Made by a program: the position numbers and the translations under genes. Below the pieces are notes generated by a model, which worked only from the letters and a program-made list of their open reading frames with translations, did not search any database and had not been told where the DNA came from. Shown in pieces: positions 25,591 through 33,589 of a stretch of DNA of 37,294 nt; position 1 is the stretch's first letter, and each line of letters begins with the position of its first letter. The DNA lies in IMG/VR virus record IMGVR_UViG_2711768034_000003; one strand, given 5' to 3'. The stretch comes from a virus. Lineage: Duplodnaviria; Heunggongvirae; Uroviricota; Caudoviricetes.

Positions 25591-26334
25591 ATGGCAACTA
25601 CATGTTCAGTTATATTGATTTTGGAGTCCTTTGATGTTTATTTCGGAAAAGAGAGTGTGTTTCTGGAGAGAGGTTCATCTGTACTTGTCGACTCTAGCTC
25701 TAGAGATTTTTTCCTGACATATCCTGAAAGAGTGATAGTGGCGGATTTTGGCGCTGAGTTTATTAGTCGCTATTTGAAAGCTAATAACTTAAGGGATATT
25801 TCTGATTGTAGGGAATATCCATCTTATTTAAAAATAAACTTTGCTGACTTCAGTTTAATTAAAGGATTAATTAGTTGGGCTAATCACTGTGCTGAATACA
25901 TAGAAATTTTTGATGAGTCTATTGCTTTTACATGTCTCTCTGCATTTTCTTCTGAAAAACAATTTGGAGTATTTCTGTTTGGATGTTTGAAAAGCACAGG
26001 GGCTAAAGTTAAAACGATTATTCATACGGATTTATCTGCACCATGGCGTCTTAAGGATATATCATCAAGATTATATCTCAGCGAAAGTTTACTAAAGAGG
26101 AAATTGAAAGAAGAGGGGGTATCATTCAGTAAGATCATACTTGATGAGAGGATGCAAATGGCTGAATATTTACTCAGCACTCGTTGTTATCCTATTAGTA
26201 AAGTAGCTAAGGTCTGTGGTTATGCCAGTGTCTCATACTTTACTTATGTATTTAGACGTTATTTTGGTGTTTCTCCAAGTCAATACTCTCAGAGGAGTTC
26301 AGAAAGTAAAATTCTTACTCACCAGGGAATCTGA
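25591..26334 (+). CDS. AraC/XylS-family transcriptional regulator (Rns/AggR-like size and layout)
   Basis: ATG at 25591 with GGTGGA SD-like sequence upstream. C-terminal dual HTH ...LYLSESLLKRKLKEEGVSFSKIILDERMQMAEYLL...ISKVAKVCGYASVSYFTYVFRRYFGVSPSQY typical of AraC family; AT-rich codon usage. Confidence 0.8.
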   Translation: MATTCSVILILESFDVYFGKESVFLERGSSVLVDSSSRDFFLTYPERVIVADFGAEFISRYLKANNLRDISDCREYPSYLKINFADFSLIKGLISWANHCAEYIEIFDESIAFTCLSAFSSEKQFGVFLFGCLKSTGAKVKTIIHTDLSAPWRLKDISSRLYLSESLLKRKLKEEGVSFSKIILDERMQMAEYLLSTRCYPISKVAKVCGYASVSYFTYVFRRYFGVSPSQYSQRSSESKILTHQGI

Positions 26335-26337
26335 TCA

Positions 26338-26810
26338 TTGTTCTTGCCCCCTTATTTCCAGACAGGGGGTGTATCTTAAGTTAACGTTACCCGCTGACGT
26401 CGATATTCTCGCGGAGAGCGATAACCCAACGCACTGTGCGGATGGTTTTCATTGTAATGTTCGATCGCCACTGCAAGATTATGCAATGCCGTTCTTACAT
26501 TCGGTTTCGGCATGAACGCGATGTAGTCTTCCTTCATCGTTTTCACGAACCTTTCTGCAATTCCATTACTCTGAGGACTGCTGATTGCCGTTGTGCAGGG
26601 CTCCAGATTCAACTCTCTGGCGAACTGCCGTGTTTCATGCGCTCTATACGCTGAACCGTTATCTGTCAGCCACTGGATGGACTGTTCCGGTACTTTATCG
26701 CCAAAGCGTTTTTCTATCGCTCCTAACATGACATCCTGCACTGTCGCTTTATCGTAACCGCCCGTGCTTGCGGCCCAGTCTATGGCTTCACGATCGCAAC
26801 AGTCCAGGGC
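26338..26810 (-). mobile_element. truncated IS2-group (IS3-family) insertion sequence: terminal end plus 3' part of the transposase gene
   Basis: End sequence TTGCCCCCTTATTTCCAGACA resembles the IS2 terminus. The reverse-strand ORF encodes ...[14 protein letters not shown]...[10 protein letters not shown]...[12 protein letters not shown], the C-terminal DDE integrase core of IS3-family OrfB. Homology stops near 26805-26810. Confidence 0.75.
26376..26804 (-). pseudogene. IS3-family transposase OrfB, C-terminal about 140 codons only (5' truncated)
   Basis: In-frame homology to IS2 InsD extends upstream of the first Met (…[28 protein letters not shown]…) to a stop; no N-terminal half and no OrfA. 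Confidence 0.7.
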
Positions 26811-27088
26811 GATTCATCTGGGCCAATCCTTGCTCATAACAGGCATTCACTTCAGTCATGGCAGAAAGGTATGCATGCTGGAGAAGTCGTAAAAGAAAAG
26901 AAGACTGCTGCGCCGTTTGTCGTCACGTTTATCTTCATTGGCTATGCAAGTCGTAATACAAGGTGGGACAAAACTGAGACACATAAGGCCTCGCAATGGC
27001 TTGCAAGGCTTTACATGTTTTGATGTGGTGGGACGTGTGAGCGCAGTGTTGATGGGGTAATGCTTTGAATTAGAAGCGGATTCTTATA

Positions 27089-27134
27089 ATTCGTAATGCG
27101 AAGGTCGTAGGTTCGACTCCTATTATCGGCACCA
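27089..27134 (+). other. 3' fragment of a tRNA-Thr(CGU) gene (anticodon loop to CCA); att-like core, not a complete tRNA
   Basis: ATTCGTAATGCGAAGGTCGTAGGTTCGACTCCTATTATCGGCACCA matches the 3' part of enterobacterial thrW-type tRNA-Thr; the 5' acceptor strand GCCGATA is absent upstream. Confidence 0.8.
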
Positions 27135-27411
27135 TCTTTTCTCGTAAAATCATTAAGTTGCTATTGCAGTGTTTTGCGTTGTTCAACACTAATGTACATT
27201 TTTGCGCGTTATGAGTGTGGCAAAATTGTGGCAGACACAGTGAGATTGTTTGTGGATCAATGCAAGAGTATGCTAACAGCATGTTTACCTTGCAGCTCCC
27301 CCTTGTCTTTGAGCAATACACTACTTGATGGCTGCTGGTTACGAACGTTGTCAGAGATTGCTATCACAAGGGGATGGCGCTGAGAATTCATCCTAAATGA
27401 TTGAGGCCAGC

Positions 27412-28461
27412 ATGGAAAAGGAATTACAGCTCAAAGCTGATGAACAAATAAAAGCATACTCCAAAAAAATAGATTTTTACACCTCAGAATATACTGTAGA
27501 AATACTTGCACAAAAAGTAAGAGCTGGCGAATATACAGTCCCTGCATATCAACGTGAGTATACTTGGGATGAACCAAGAAAATGTAAATTTATTGAGTCG
27601 CTAATCATAGGTCTTCCTATTCCATTCGTATTTTTCTGGATGAATGACGATACCGGAAAACTAGAAATTGTTGATGGTTCGCAGCGGCTTAGAACCATTG
27701 AAGAATATTTTAATAATCGTTTAACCCTTGATGGGCTAGAGCGTTTGGATCTTCTTAATGGTACAAGATTTGAAGATTTACCATTAGCACGCCAAAGAAA
27801 AATTTTAAATAAATCTATCCGGGGAATAATACTATCCGAAGATACAGATATGGAAGCAAGGGTTGATTTATTTGAAAGGATAAATACAGGCAGTAAAGTT
27901 GCTAATCCTGCTGAGGTTAGACGCGGTGTTTTACGTGGTCCATTTATGGATTTAATCAATGAATTGGCTGCTAATCAACTGTTTATTAAACTAGCGCCTG
28001 TTTCTGCAAAGCAAAAAAAAGAACGAGAGCCAGAAGAACTAGTAACTAGATTTTTTGCATACTCCGATGGTCTTGACGGATATAGAGATGATGTATCAGC
28101 ATTTATATTTAGATATATAAAGCGAATGAATGAGTTGTTCGAGGAGGATGCAGCTCTGGCTCAACAATATAGAGATCGCTTTTCTCGAATGTTAGCATTC
28201 GTAGAACAAAGTTTCCGTCTCGGATTTAAGAAAACAGTAAAAGGTACAACGACACCACGTGCTCGTTTCGAGTCCATTGCGATAGGCTCGCATTTAGCAT
28301 TAGAAATTAATGGTTCGCTCCAAGTAACTAAGGAACAAACTGACGAAATATTAGAAAGCGATTCCTTTAAAGCTGAAATTCGATCTGATGGCGCTAACGC
28401 AATAAGAAGATTGCAGGGAAGAATTGGTTATATTAGAGATGCTCTTTTAGAGAGGGCTTGA
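27412..28461 (+). CDS. DUF262 / ParB-like nuclease-domain protein (GmrS-like N-terminal domain family)
   Basis: ATG at 27412 with GAGG SD 6 nt upstream (track ORF starts 15 nt earlier). Signature YTVPAYQREYTWDE...LEIVDGSQRLRTIEEYF characteristic of DUF262. Confidence 0.8.
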   Translation: MEKELQLKADEQIKAYSKKIDFYTSEYTVEILAQKVRAGEYTVPAYQREYTWDEPRKCKFIESLIIGLPIPFVFFWMNDDTGKLEIVDGSQRLRTIEEYFNNRLTLDGLERLDLLNGTRFEDLPLARQRKILNKSIRGIILSEDTDMEARVDLFERINTGSKVANPAEVRRGVLRGPFMDLINELAANQLFIKLAPVSAKQKKEREPEELVTRFFAYSDGLDGYRDDVSAFIFRYIKRMNELFEEDAALAQQYRDRFSRMLAFVEQSFRLGFKKTVKGTTTPRARFESIAIGSHLALEINGSLQVTKEQTDEILESDSFKAEIRSDGANAIRRLQGRIGYIRDALLERA

Positions 28462-28463
28462 TC

Positions 28464-29189
28464 ATGCAACTAGTAAAAGATGTTTTTGATGAAAGAGTTG
28501 CTGATATCGAGAGCTATTTTGAATTGGTGAATAATGTTGAGCTTGCAATTGGCTCTGGAGGAGCGATATTCAGTGTTAATGGGACGCAATACCAAATAAA
28601 TCCTGATCAGCAGAAGATAATGTATTCTGGAATATATCTACATTTGTATAATTTGGTCGAATCGACGATCTCTATGTTAATAGATGCTGTCGAACGGCAT
28701 GCGGCGCAAGGAATTAATGGACAACTGGTTCTACTAACTGAAAACATGAAGAAGCTGTATGTTAAATCTGTAGCAGCTCCTTTTGAATCAATAAATAATG
28801 ATTTACGGTTAGAGAAGGCGTTAGAACTATTTGACCAAGTATTAAATATAAAGCCTCTTGAACTTAGGATCCCGCCGGGAGGCGGAGGTAATTGGGACTT
28901 AAAAGAAATAGAGAGGATAAGTAAGAGTATAGGTGTTGATGTCACTCTTCCCAGAGCGCTTAGGGCAAAGGTAAATGCTCCATTTAGAGACGATAAAGGA
29001 CCTATTCGGCTAGTTAAAGAAATAAGAAACAAATTAGCTCATGGTTCTCTTTCATTTACACAATGTGGTACGAACCATGTAGCCAGTGATTTTAGGCGGT
29101 TGATTGATATAGTCAAAGAATACTTAGCCCATATAATCCGATCTTATGAAAACTTCATAACCGCACAAGGTTATAAGATTGCACAATGA
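28464..29189 (+). CDS. HEPN-like domain protein (R-x4-H motif), translationally coupled to the DUF262 gene
   Basis: ATG at 28464, 2 nt after the DUF262 stop, with AGAGGG SD inside the upstream gene; C-terminal EIRNKLAHGSLSF fits the HEPN Rx4-6H motif; 241 aa. Confidence 0.65.
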   Translation: MQLVKDVFDERVADIESYFELVNNVELAIGSGGAIFSVNGTQYQINPDQQKIMYSGIYLHLYNLVESTISMLIDAVERHAAQGINGQLVLLTENMKKLYVKSVAAPFESINNDLRLEKALELFDQVLNIKPLELRIPPGGGGNWDLKEIERISKSIGVDVTLPRALRAKVNAPFRDDKGPIRLVKEIRNKLAHGSLSFTQCGTNHVASDFRRLIDIVKEYLAHIIRSYENFITAQGYKIAQ

Positions 29190-29192
29190 TAT

Positions 29193-30257
29193 TTATTTGG
29201 CCAAGGACGTAATTATACTTTGGCCAATAATCTCTCCTAACTTGACCGGAACTGCATTTCCGATCATTTTAGCTAATGTAGCTACGCTTAGCGGGTTTTC
29301 GTCATCATGAAACTTATAAGCTAAAGGAAATGATTGTAGTAATGCAGCCTCCCTTAGACTGATCGCTCGATCTTGCACAGGATGCCCAAATCTACCATTC
29401 CCATAACCATTACATTGAGTAGTAATTGTTGGTGATGGCTCATCCCATGTCATCCGTCCATAAACACTTGGATAAGTTTTTCCTGTCATTTTCTTATGGC
29501 AGCTAGCCCTTAGTTCTTCCGGCCAATCCAGCCAAGAACCGCCAGGTTTTGAATATTGAATCCGCTTTAAGTTTATAGGGCTTAGAATTGACGAGCGATG
29601 TATAGGATCAACCTTATCCTTTTCGCCTGCTGTTATGCGAGGAAGATGCTCAATCGCATCTCTTACAGTGACATATTTATCTGCAGTATGCGTAGCTGGT
29701 ATTATTGATATCTCGCTAACTTTTGATGCGATTAATACTAATCTTTTTCGCGTTTGAGGGATTCCATAATCAGGACAAAATACGATTTTATAATCAAATG
29801 AATAACCGTTATGCCGAAGAGTTGCTAAAAACGCATTAAATACTCCCTGTTCTGCCAAGCCAGGAACATTTTCCATTGTAACGAAATCAGGAGTGATCTC
29901 ATTGATCAGGCGCCCAAAGCTTTCCAGAAGGTTCCATCGTTTGTCAGGAGAAGTAGTTCGTTTTATATTTGCTCTGGAATATGTTGAGAAGGGTTGGCAA
30001 GGTGCACATCCAGCAAGGAGGGTGTAATCGCCGCCAGCCAGATACTTTGCTACATCATTTCCTGAAAGATGAGTTACATCTTGTTTTATAAATCTGGCGT
30101 TGTTATTGATTTCATACGCATAACGACAAGATTCCTCGATATCATATCCGGCGGTCACGGATATGCCTGAACGCTGGAGACCATGCGTTAGCCCCCCGGC
30201 TCCACAAAAAAGATCCACTGCCTTAATTTTTGTATGATTTTTCAACGTAAACCTCAC
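29193..30257 (-). CDS. DNA (cytosine-5)-methyltransferase
   Basis: Motif I DLFCGAGG, motif IV GCAPCQPFS (PCQ), ENV, QTRKR, and GNAVPV all present in canonical order. Start is GTG at 30257 or, more likely, TTG at 30245 preceded by a GAGG SD. Convergent with the HEPN gene, 3 nt apart. Confidence 0.9.
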   Translation of the reverse strand: MRFTLKNHTKIKAVDLFCGAGGLTHGLQRSGISVTAGYDIEESCRYAYEINNNARFIKQDVTHLSGNDVAKYLAGGDYTLLAGCAPCQPFSTYSRANIKRTTSPDKRWNLLESFGRLINEITPDFVTMENVPGLAEQGVFNAFLATLRHNGYSFDYKIVFCPDYGIPQTRKRLVLIASKVSEISIIPATHTADKYVTVRDAIEHLPRITAGEKDKVDPIHRSSILSPINLKRIQYSKPGGSWLDWPEELRASCHKKMTGKTYPSVYGRMTWDEPSPTITTQCNGYGNGRFGHPVQDRAISLREAALLQSFPLAYKFHDDENPLSVATLAKMIGNAVPVKLGEIIGQSIITSLAK

Positions 30258-30600
30258 TACTTAGACGTGGCGAATTATAGCAAAATTTACAATGAACATC
30301 GAGGGATTTTATTTCCTTTGAAATCATGTATATAGTTATTTTTTAAGTTAATACTCAACAGTTAGATGCTGAGATACTCTTTCCTGCCAGACAATCAAAC
30401 ATAGTTCCACCTAGTTTTCCTGCAAGGACTTTGAATCTGTTCACCGCCTGCAAAATTAGGTCGAAAGAATGTTACAACAACAACATACACAGGCAATCAA
30501 ACACGCTTAGTCGTCCATTAGTATTTCCGGCTGATTAGATGTAAGATCTTAAGGTCTAATGTAGGCTGTTCCATTCAGGCCAGAGTGGCAAAATAAAAAG

Positions 30601-30630
30601 GCCCGATCTTACCAGTCGGGCTTCTTTATA
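30601..30630 (-). terminator. rho-independent terminator (reads best on the minus strand, downstream of the HigA-like gene)
   Basis: GCCCGAtcttaccagtCGGGC; on the minus strand the hairpin is followed by CTTTTTTATTTT. Confidence 0.6.
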
Positions 30631-30821
30631 TCGGCTTTTAATGTCGCCTGTACCACTGCTAAAATGACTTACCTAGTCATGGCAGGTTCCCATCATCAAG
30701 GATCGGATTTTTTAATCCTCAGTCGTCCGAGTATATTATCGCTTTAATAAGTCGTTAGAAATGTATGAGTATTATTCAAAGCAAATTATGTATTAGGACT
30801 AAGTAATCTAATTGAATAATC

Positions 30822-31079
30822 TTACTTTTGTTTATTAAACCATGCCTCATGTAGCTCTTGCAGTTTCACCCAAAAAGATGCATCTGTATTGAAAATTATC
30901 GAGAGTTGAATAGCTTCTTCAAGAGTTATATTTCGCTCATTTTTAATTATTTCCCAAATTTTTTCATATGATGTATCCATCAGTTCAGCAAGTCTTGCGG
31001 GAGGCATATCCAATGGTTTCAAGAATTCTTCGTATAAAATCTCTCCGACAGTTGAAGGTGCAGCATTTATTGTCCTCAT
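30822..31079 (-). CDS. HigA-family antitoxin-like XRE HTH protein (orphan; no adjacent toxin ORF)
   Basis: 85-aa ORF with ...TVGEILYEEFLKPLDMPPARLAELMDTSYEKIWEIIKNERNITLEEAIQLSIIFNTDASFWVKLQ... matching the HigA/VapI addiction-module antidote pattern; strong SD AAGGGGGGG upstream of the ATG at 31079. Confidence 0.7.
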   Translation of the reverse strand: MRTINAAPSTVGEILYEEFLKPLDMPPARLAELMDTSYEKIWEIIKNERNITLEEAIQLSIIFNTDASFWVKLQELHEAWFNKQK

Positions 31080-31122
31080 ACCCCCCCTTTTTTTTAAACG
31101 TCATCGGATTCCTTACAGTAAT

Positions 31123-31138
31123 TTGTTTAGCTAAACAA
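31123..31138. repeat. 16-bp perfect palindrome TTGTTTAGCTAAACAA (candidate operator)
   Basis: Self-complementary; related palindromes GGTTAGCTAACC (31234-31245) and GTTTAGCTAAAC (31312-31323) share the TTAGCTAA core. Confidence 0.6.
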
Positions 31139-31411
31139 ATCAGAGAGTAAGGTTAGTTGAAGTGTTTTTCTTACTCAAATTCGATATATCCGTTGTCAGA
31201 AATGAATCATTTACAAACAGTGTTTCTTATAAAGGTTAGCTAACCAAATTTATAAGTCATCTACAATCCCCTGTTATTTACATTTTGTTTCATTTTATTT
31301 ATTGCTATTTAGTTTAGCTAAACAATCTATTTTATCATGTATAATCTGTGTATTTATCCACAGATTCTGTTAATAATATTGTGTATAACTTGTTTGCTTA
31401 TTTTTTATTAT

Positions 31412-31477
31412 ATGACATATGAGGTGCGCCTTTATGACATATGAGGTACGCTTTCATGACATTTGAGGTACGGATAT
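31412..31477 (+). repeat. three tandem 22-bp direct repeats (iteron-like): ATGACATATGAGGTGCGCCTTT / ATGACATATGAGGTACGCTTTC / ATGACATTTGAGGTACGGATAT
   Basis: Read directly from the sequence; contiguous, no spacers, in an AT-rich non-coding stretch. Confidence 0.8.
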
Positions 31478-31722
31478 AATTTAAAATTGTCATATTAAAC
31501 AAGTGAATATATCGCTTTTCCACACCTCTCTAACCTGATCTTTAACCTTTTATATAACCAAAAAGATTAAAGGAATTATTAAAACCTTAGTGTCATTCAG
31601 AAATCGGTCAATAAAACCAATTTCATATGGAGTAAGAATCCGATGAATAAAAACCCTGTTGACATTATTATTTTTGCCAGTAAGTTTTAATTATTCTCAA
31701 TTCATAACGTTGGTTAGCAAAC

Positions 31723-31750
31723 TTTAGCGGCTAAAATTTTAGCCGCTAAA
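31723..31750. promoter_or_regulatory. 28-bp perfect palindrome TTTAGCGGCTAAAATTTTAGCCGCTAAA (candidate operator) just upstream of the HTH/AT-hook gene
   Basis: Perfect dyad symmetry; ends 22 nt before the ATG at 31773; shares the TTAGC/GCTAA half-site with the upstream palindromes. Confidence 0.65.
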
Positions 31751-31772
31751 ATCCTCAAATTTCTACTGAGAG

Positions 31773-32066
31773 ATGGGTTCTTCGATGAAATCAGTTATGC
31801 CAGAACTTATAACCGTTGAAGAGTTGGCTTTTGCATTAAAGAAAACTGTAAAAAGTATCCGCAGTGATGCAACGCGAAATCCAAAATGTCTTCCACCAAG
31901 ATGCCGTCTTCCCGGTAATAAACGTCTTCTCTGGCGTAGAGAAGATGTTAAGGACTGGATAGATAAATCTGTTGAGTCAAAGACAGAAAATGACGATATA
32001 GCGAAAGAGATAAATAGGTTTCAAAGGAAACGTGGCAGGCCGCCAAAACCCAAGCCGCGAGAATAA
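31773..32066 (+). CDS. small DNA-binding protein, excisionase/AlpA-like HTH with C-terminal AT-hook (RGRPPKPKP)
   Basis: 97-aa ORF; ...ELITVEELAFALKKTVKSIRSDATRN... and ...RLLWRREDVKDWI... resemble MerR/excisionase-type HTH; basic tail FQRKRGRPPKPKPRE is an AT-hook-like motif. Confidence 0.55.
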   Translation: MGSSMKSVMPELITVEELAFALKKTVKSIRSDATRNPKCLPPRCRLPGNKRLLWRREDVKDWIDKSVESKTENDDIAKEINRFQRKRGRPPKPKPRE

Positions 32067-32169
32067 AAATATTTCTTAGGGTCATTCAAATAATTTCCCT
32101 TCCAATAAACACATATGCTGCACATTTTTACACTACTAATCCTGCACAAATGCTTTAGGAAAACACACT

Positions 32170-32336
32170 GAGTACACAGGAATACACAATACGTACACAG
32201 ATTCACAACGGCAAATGTAGGGCAGGATATGTAAAGTAGGCCCACCGTAAACGGTGCTTCTACTTTACCTTCCCTTATTCGCAGCTGAGCTGCTCAACGG
32301 AGTCCTGCTCTGCGAGGCTGATCGGCTACCGCCTGT
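32170..32336 (+). promoter_or_regulatory. candidate origin of transfer (oriT) / MobC operator region: TACACAG repeats and nested inverted repeats
   Basis: gagTACACAGgaaTACACAatacgTACACAG (about 32172-32210); nested IR GTAAAGTAGgcCCACCGtaaaCGGTGcttCTACTTTAC (about 32228-32266); then GCAGCtgaGCTGC and ...GAGTCCTGCTCT... immediately upstream of the MobC-like gene. Confidence 0.4.
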
Positions 32337-32348
32337 ATGGAGAATGAT

Positions 32349-32702
32349 ATGACCGTTTCTCAGACTAGAAAAAATAGTACACCAATTAAAGTTTATTGTT
32401 TGCCAGATGAAAAAGCGCAAATCCAGGAAAATGCTGAAGCATCTGGCTTAAGTGTAGCGAGTTTCATTCGTAAAGTAGCAATGGGTTATCAGGTTGAATC
32501 TATGGTAGATATTGAACAGGTTGTAGAGCTTAGCCGAGTAAATGCTGATCTTGGTCGACTTGGTGGGTTACTTAAACTGTGGTTAGCTGACGATCCACGC
32601 ACAGTTGATTTTTCACCCTCATTGATAAAAACGTTGCTTGCTAAAATAGAATCAACCAGACAAGAACTAAGAAATATTATGGATAGAATCTTGGATAAAT
32701 AA
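32349..32702 (+). CDS. MobC-like ribbon-helix-helix relaxosome accessory protein
   Basis: ATG at 32349 with GGAG SD. N-terminal RHH-like IKVYCLPDEKAQIQENAEASGLSVASFIRKVAMGY and central VELSRVNADLGRLGGLLKLWL resembling the MobC family motif. Confidence 0.55.
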   Translation: MTVSQTRKNSTPIKVYCLPDEKAQIQENAEASGLSVASFIRKVAMGYQVESMVDIEQVVELSRVNADLGRLGGLLKLWLADDPRTVDFSPSLIKTLLAKIESTRQELRNIMDRILDK

Positions 32703-32783
32703 ATTTATGGTTTCCTAAATATCTGTATTTGTTAAAAGTACGAGTTTTCAATATTAATAATCAATTAAATTTGAGGTGGGCAA

Positions 32784-33578
32784 ATGAAGTTAATGCTCCG
32801 AGTATTTTCATCACTGAGAGGGATTTTAGCAGCTAAAAAATCATTAGCAGCTTCCTTCCTGGCGTCCATCATGGCATTACCGGCGACAGCCGGTATCCCT
32901 GTAATTGATGGTACTAATGTGGTGCAGACCACAATCAGCGCAGTCAACAACGTTCAGGCTGTGGCAAAACAGATCCAGCAGTACCAGACGCAGCTGCAGC
33001 AGTATGAAAACATGCTCAAAAATACAGTCGCACCTGCAGCCTATATCTGGGATCAGGCCAATTCGACCATCAACAAATTGTTGCAGGCGCAGGACACCCT
33101 TAATTACTACAAAAACCAGGCCGGGAGTCTTGATTCATATCTGAAACGTTATCAGGACGTGAATTACTACCGCTCATCACCATGCTTTAACAGTAATGTT
33201 GAATGTACTGCGGATGAAATTAGCGCACTGCGCAAAGCTGAACAGAACAGCTCTGAGGCACGTAAAAAGGCCAATGACGCTGTATTTAAGGCTCTTGACG
33301 AACAGCAGGAAACACTGCAAAGCGATGCTGACAACCTTGCAGATTTGCAAACGCAGGCAACCGGCGCACAAGGGCAAATGGAAGCTATTCAGGCCGCTAA
33401 CCAGCTTGCCAGTGCTCAAACGAACCAGTTGCTGCAAATCCGCTCGCTTCTGGTATCCCAGCAAAACGCTGCAGCAACACTGGCACAGGCTGAGGCTGAT
33501 AAAGAAGCCCAACAAATAGTCGCTGATGAAAAAGCGTTAGCTGGCGAGAACACACTAAGCCCGAAGCGAATTTGGTGA
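32784..33578 (+). CDS. trbJ: P-type conjugative transfer protein TrbJ (VirB5-like)
   Basis: 264-aa ORF with signal peptide; ...PATAGIPVIDGTNVVQTTISAVNNVQAVAKQIQQYQTQLQQYENMLKN... matches the TrbJ N-terminal signature; coiled-coil Q-rich body; GAGGTGG SD upstream. Confidence 0.75.
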   Translation: MKLMLRVFSSLRGILAAKKSLAASFLASIMALPATAGIPVIDGTNVVQTTISAVNNVQAVAKQIQQYQTQLQQYENMLKNTVAPAAYIWDQANSTINKLLQAQDTLNYYKNQAGSLDSYLKRYQDVNYYRSSPCFNSNVECTADEISALRKAEQNSSEARKKANDAVFKALDEQQETLQSDADNLADLQTQATGAQGQMEAIQAANQLASAQTNQLLQIRSLLVSQQNAAATLAQAEADKEAQQIVADEKALAGENTLSPKRIW

Positions 33579-33589
33579 GGGAGAGCTGA

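Noticed and set aside
27070-27321. 83-aa reverse-strand ORF, and a possible intact tRNA-Thr, at the tRNA-Thr-like sequence
   Set aside because: The ORF is antisense to the tRNA fragment and has no RBS; the tRNA lacks its 5' half (no GCCGATA acceptor strand), so neither is a functional gene.
30968-31150. 60-aa plus-strand ORF overlapping the HigA-like gene start
   Set aside because: Antisense to a well-supported gene and spans its RBS; no independent support.
31080-31400. Expected HigB/RelE-type toxin gene next to the HigA-like gene
   Set aside because: No ORF of suitable size on either strand; the region is filled by palindromes and AT-rich non-coding DNA.
31412-31477. Possible CRISPR array suggested by short direct repeats
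   Set aside because: The three 22-bp repeats are contiguous with no spacers and no cas genes nearby; better explained as iterons or binding sites.
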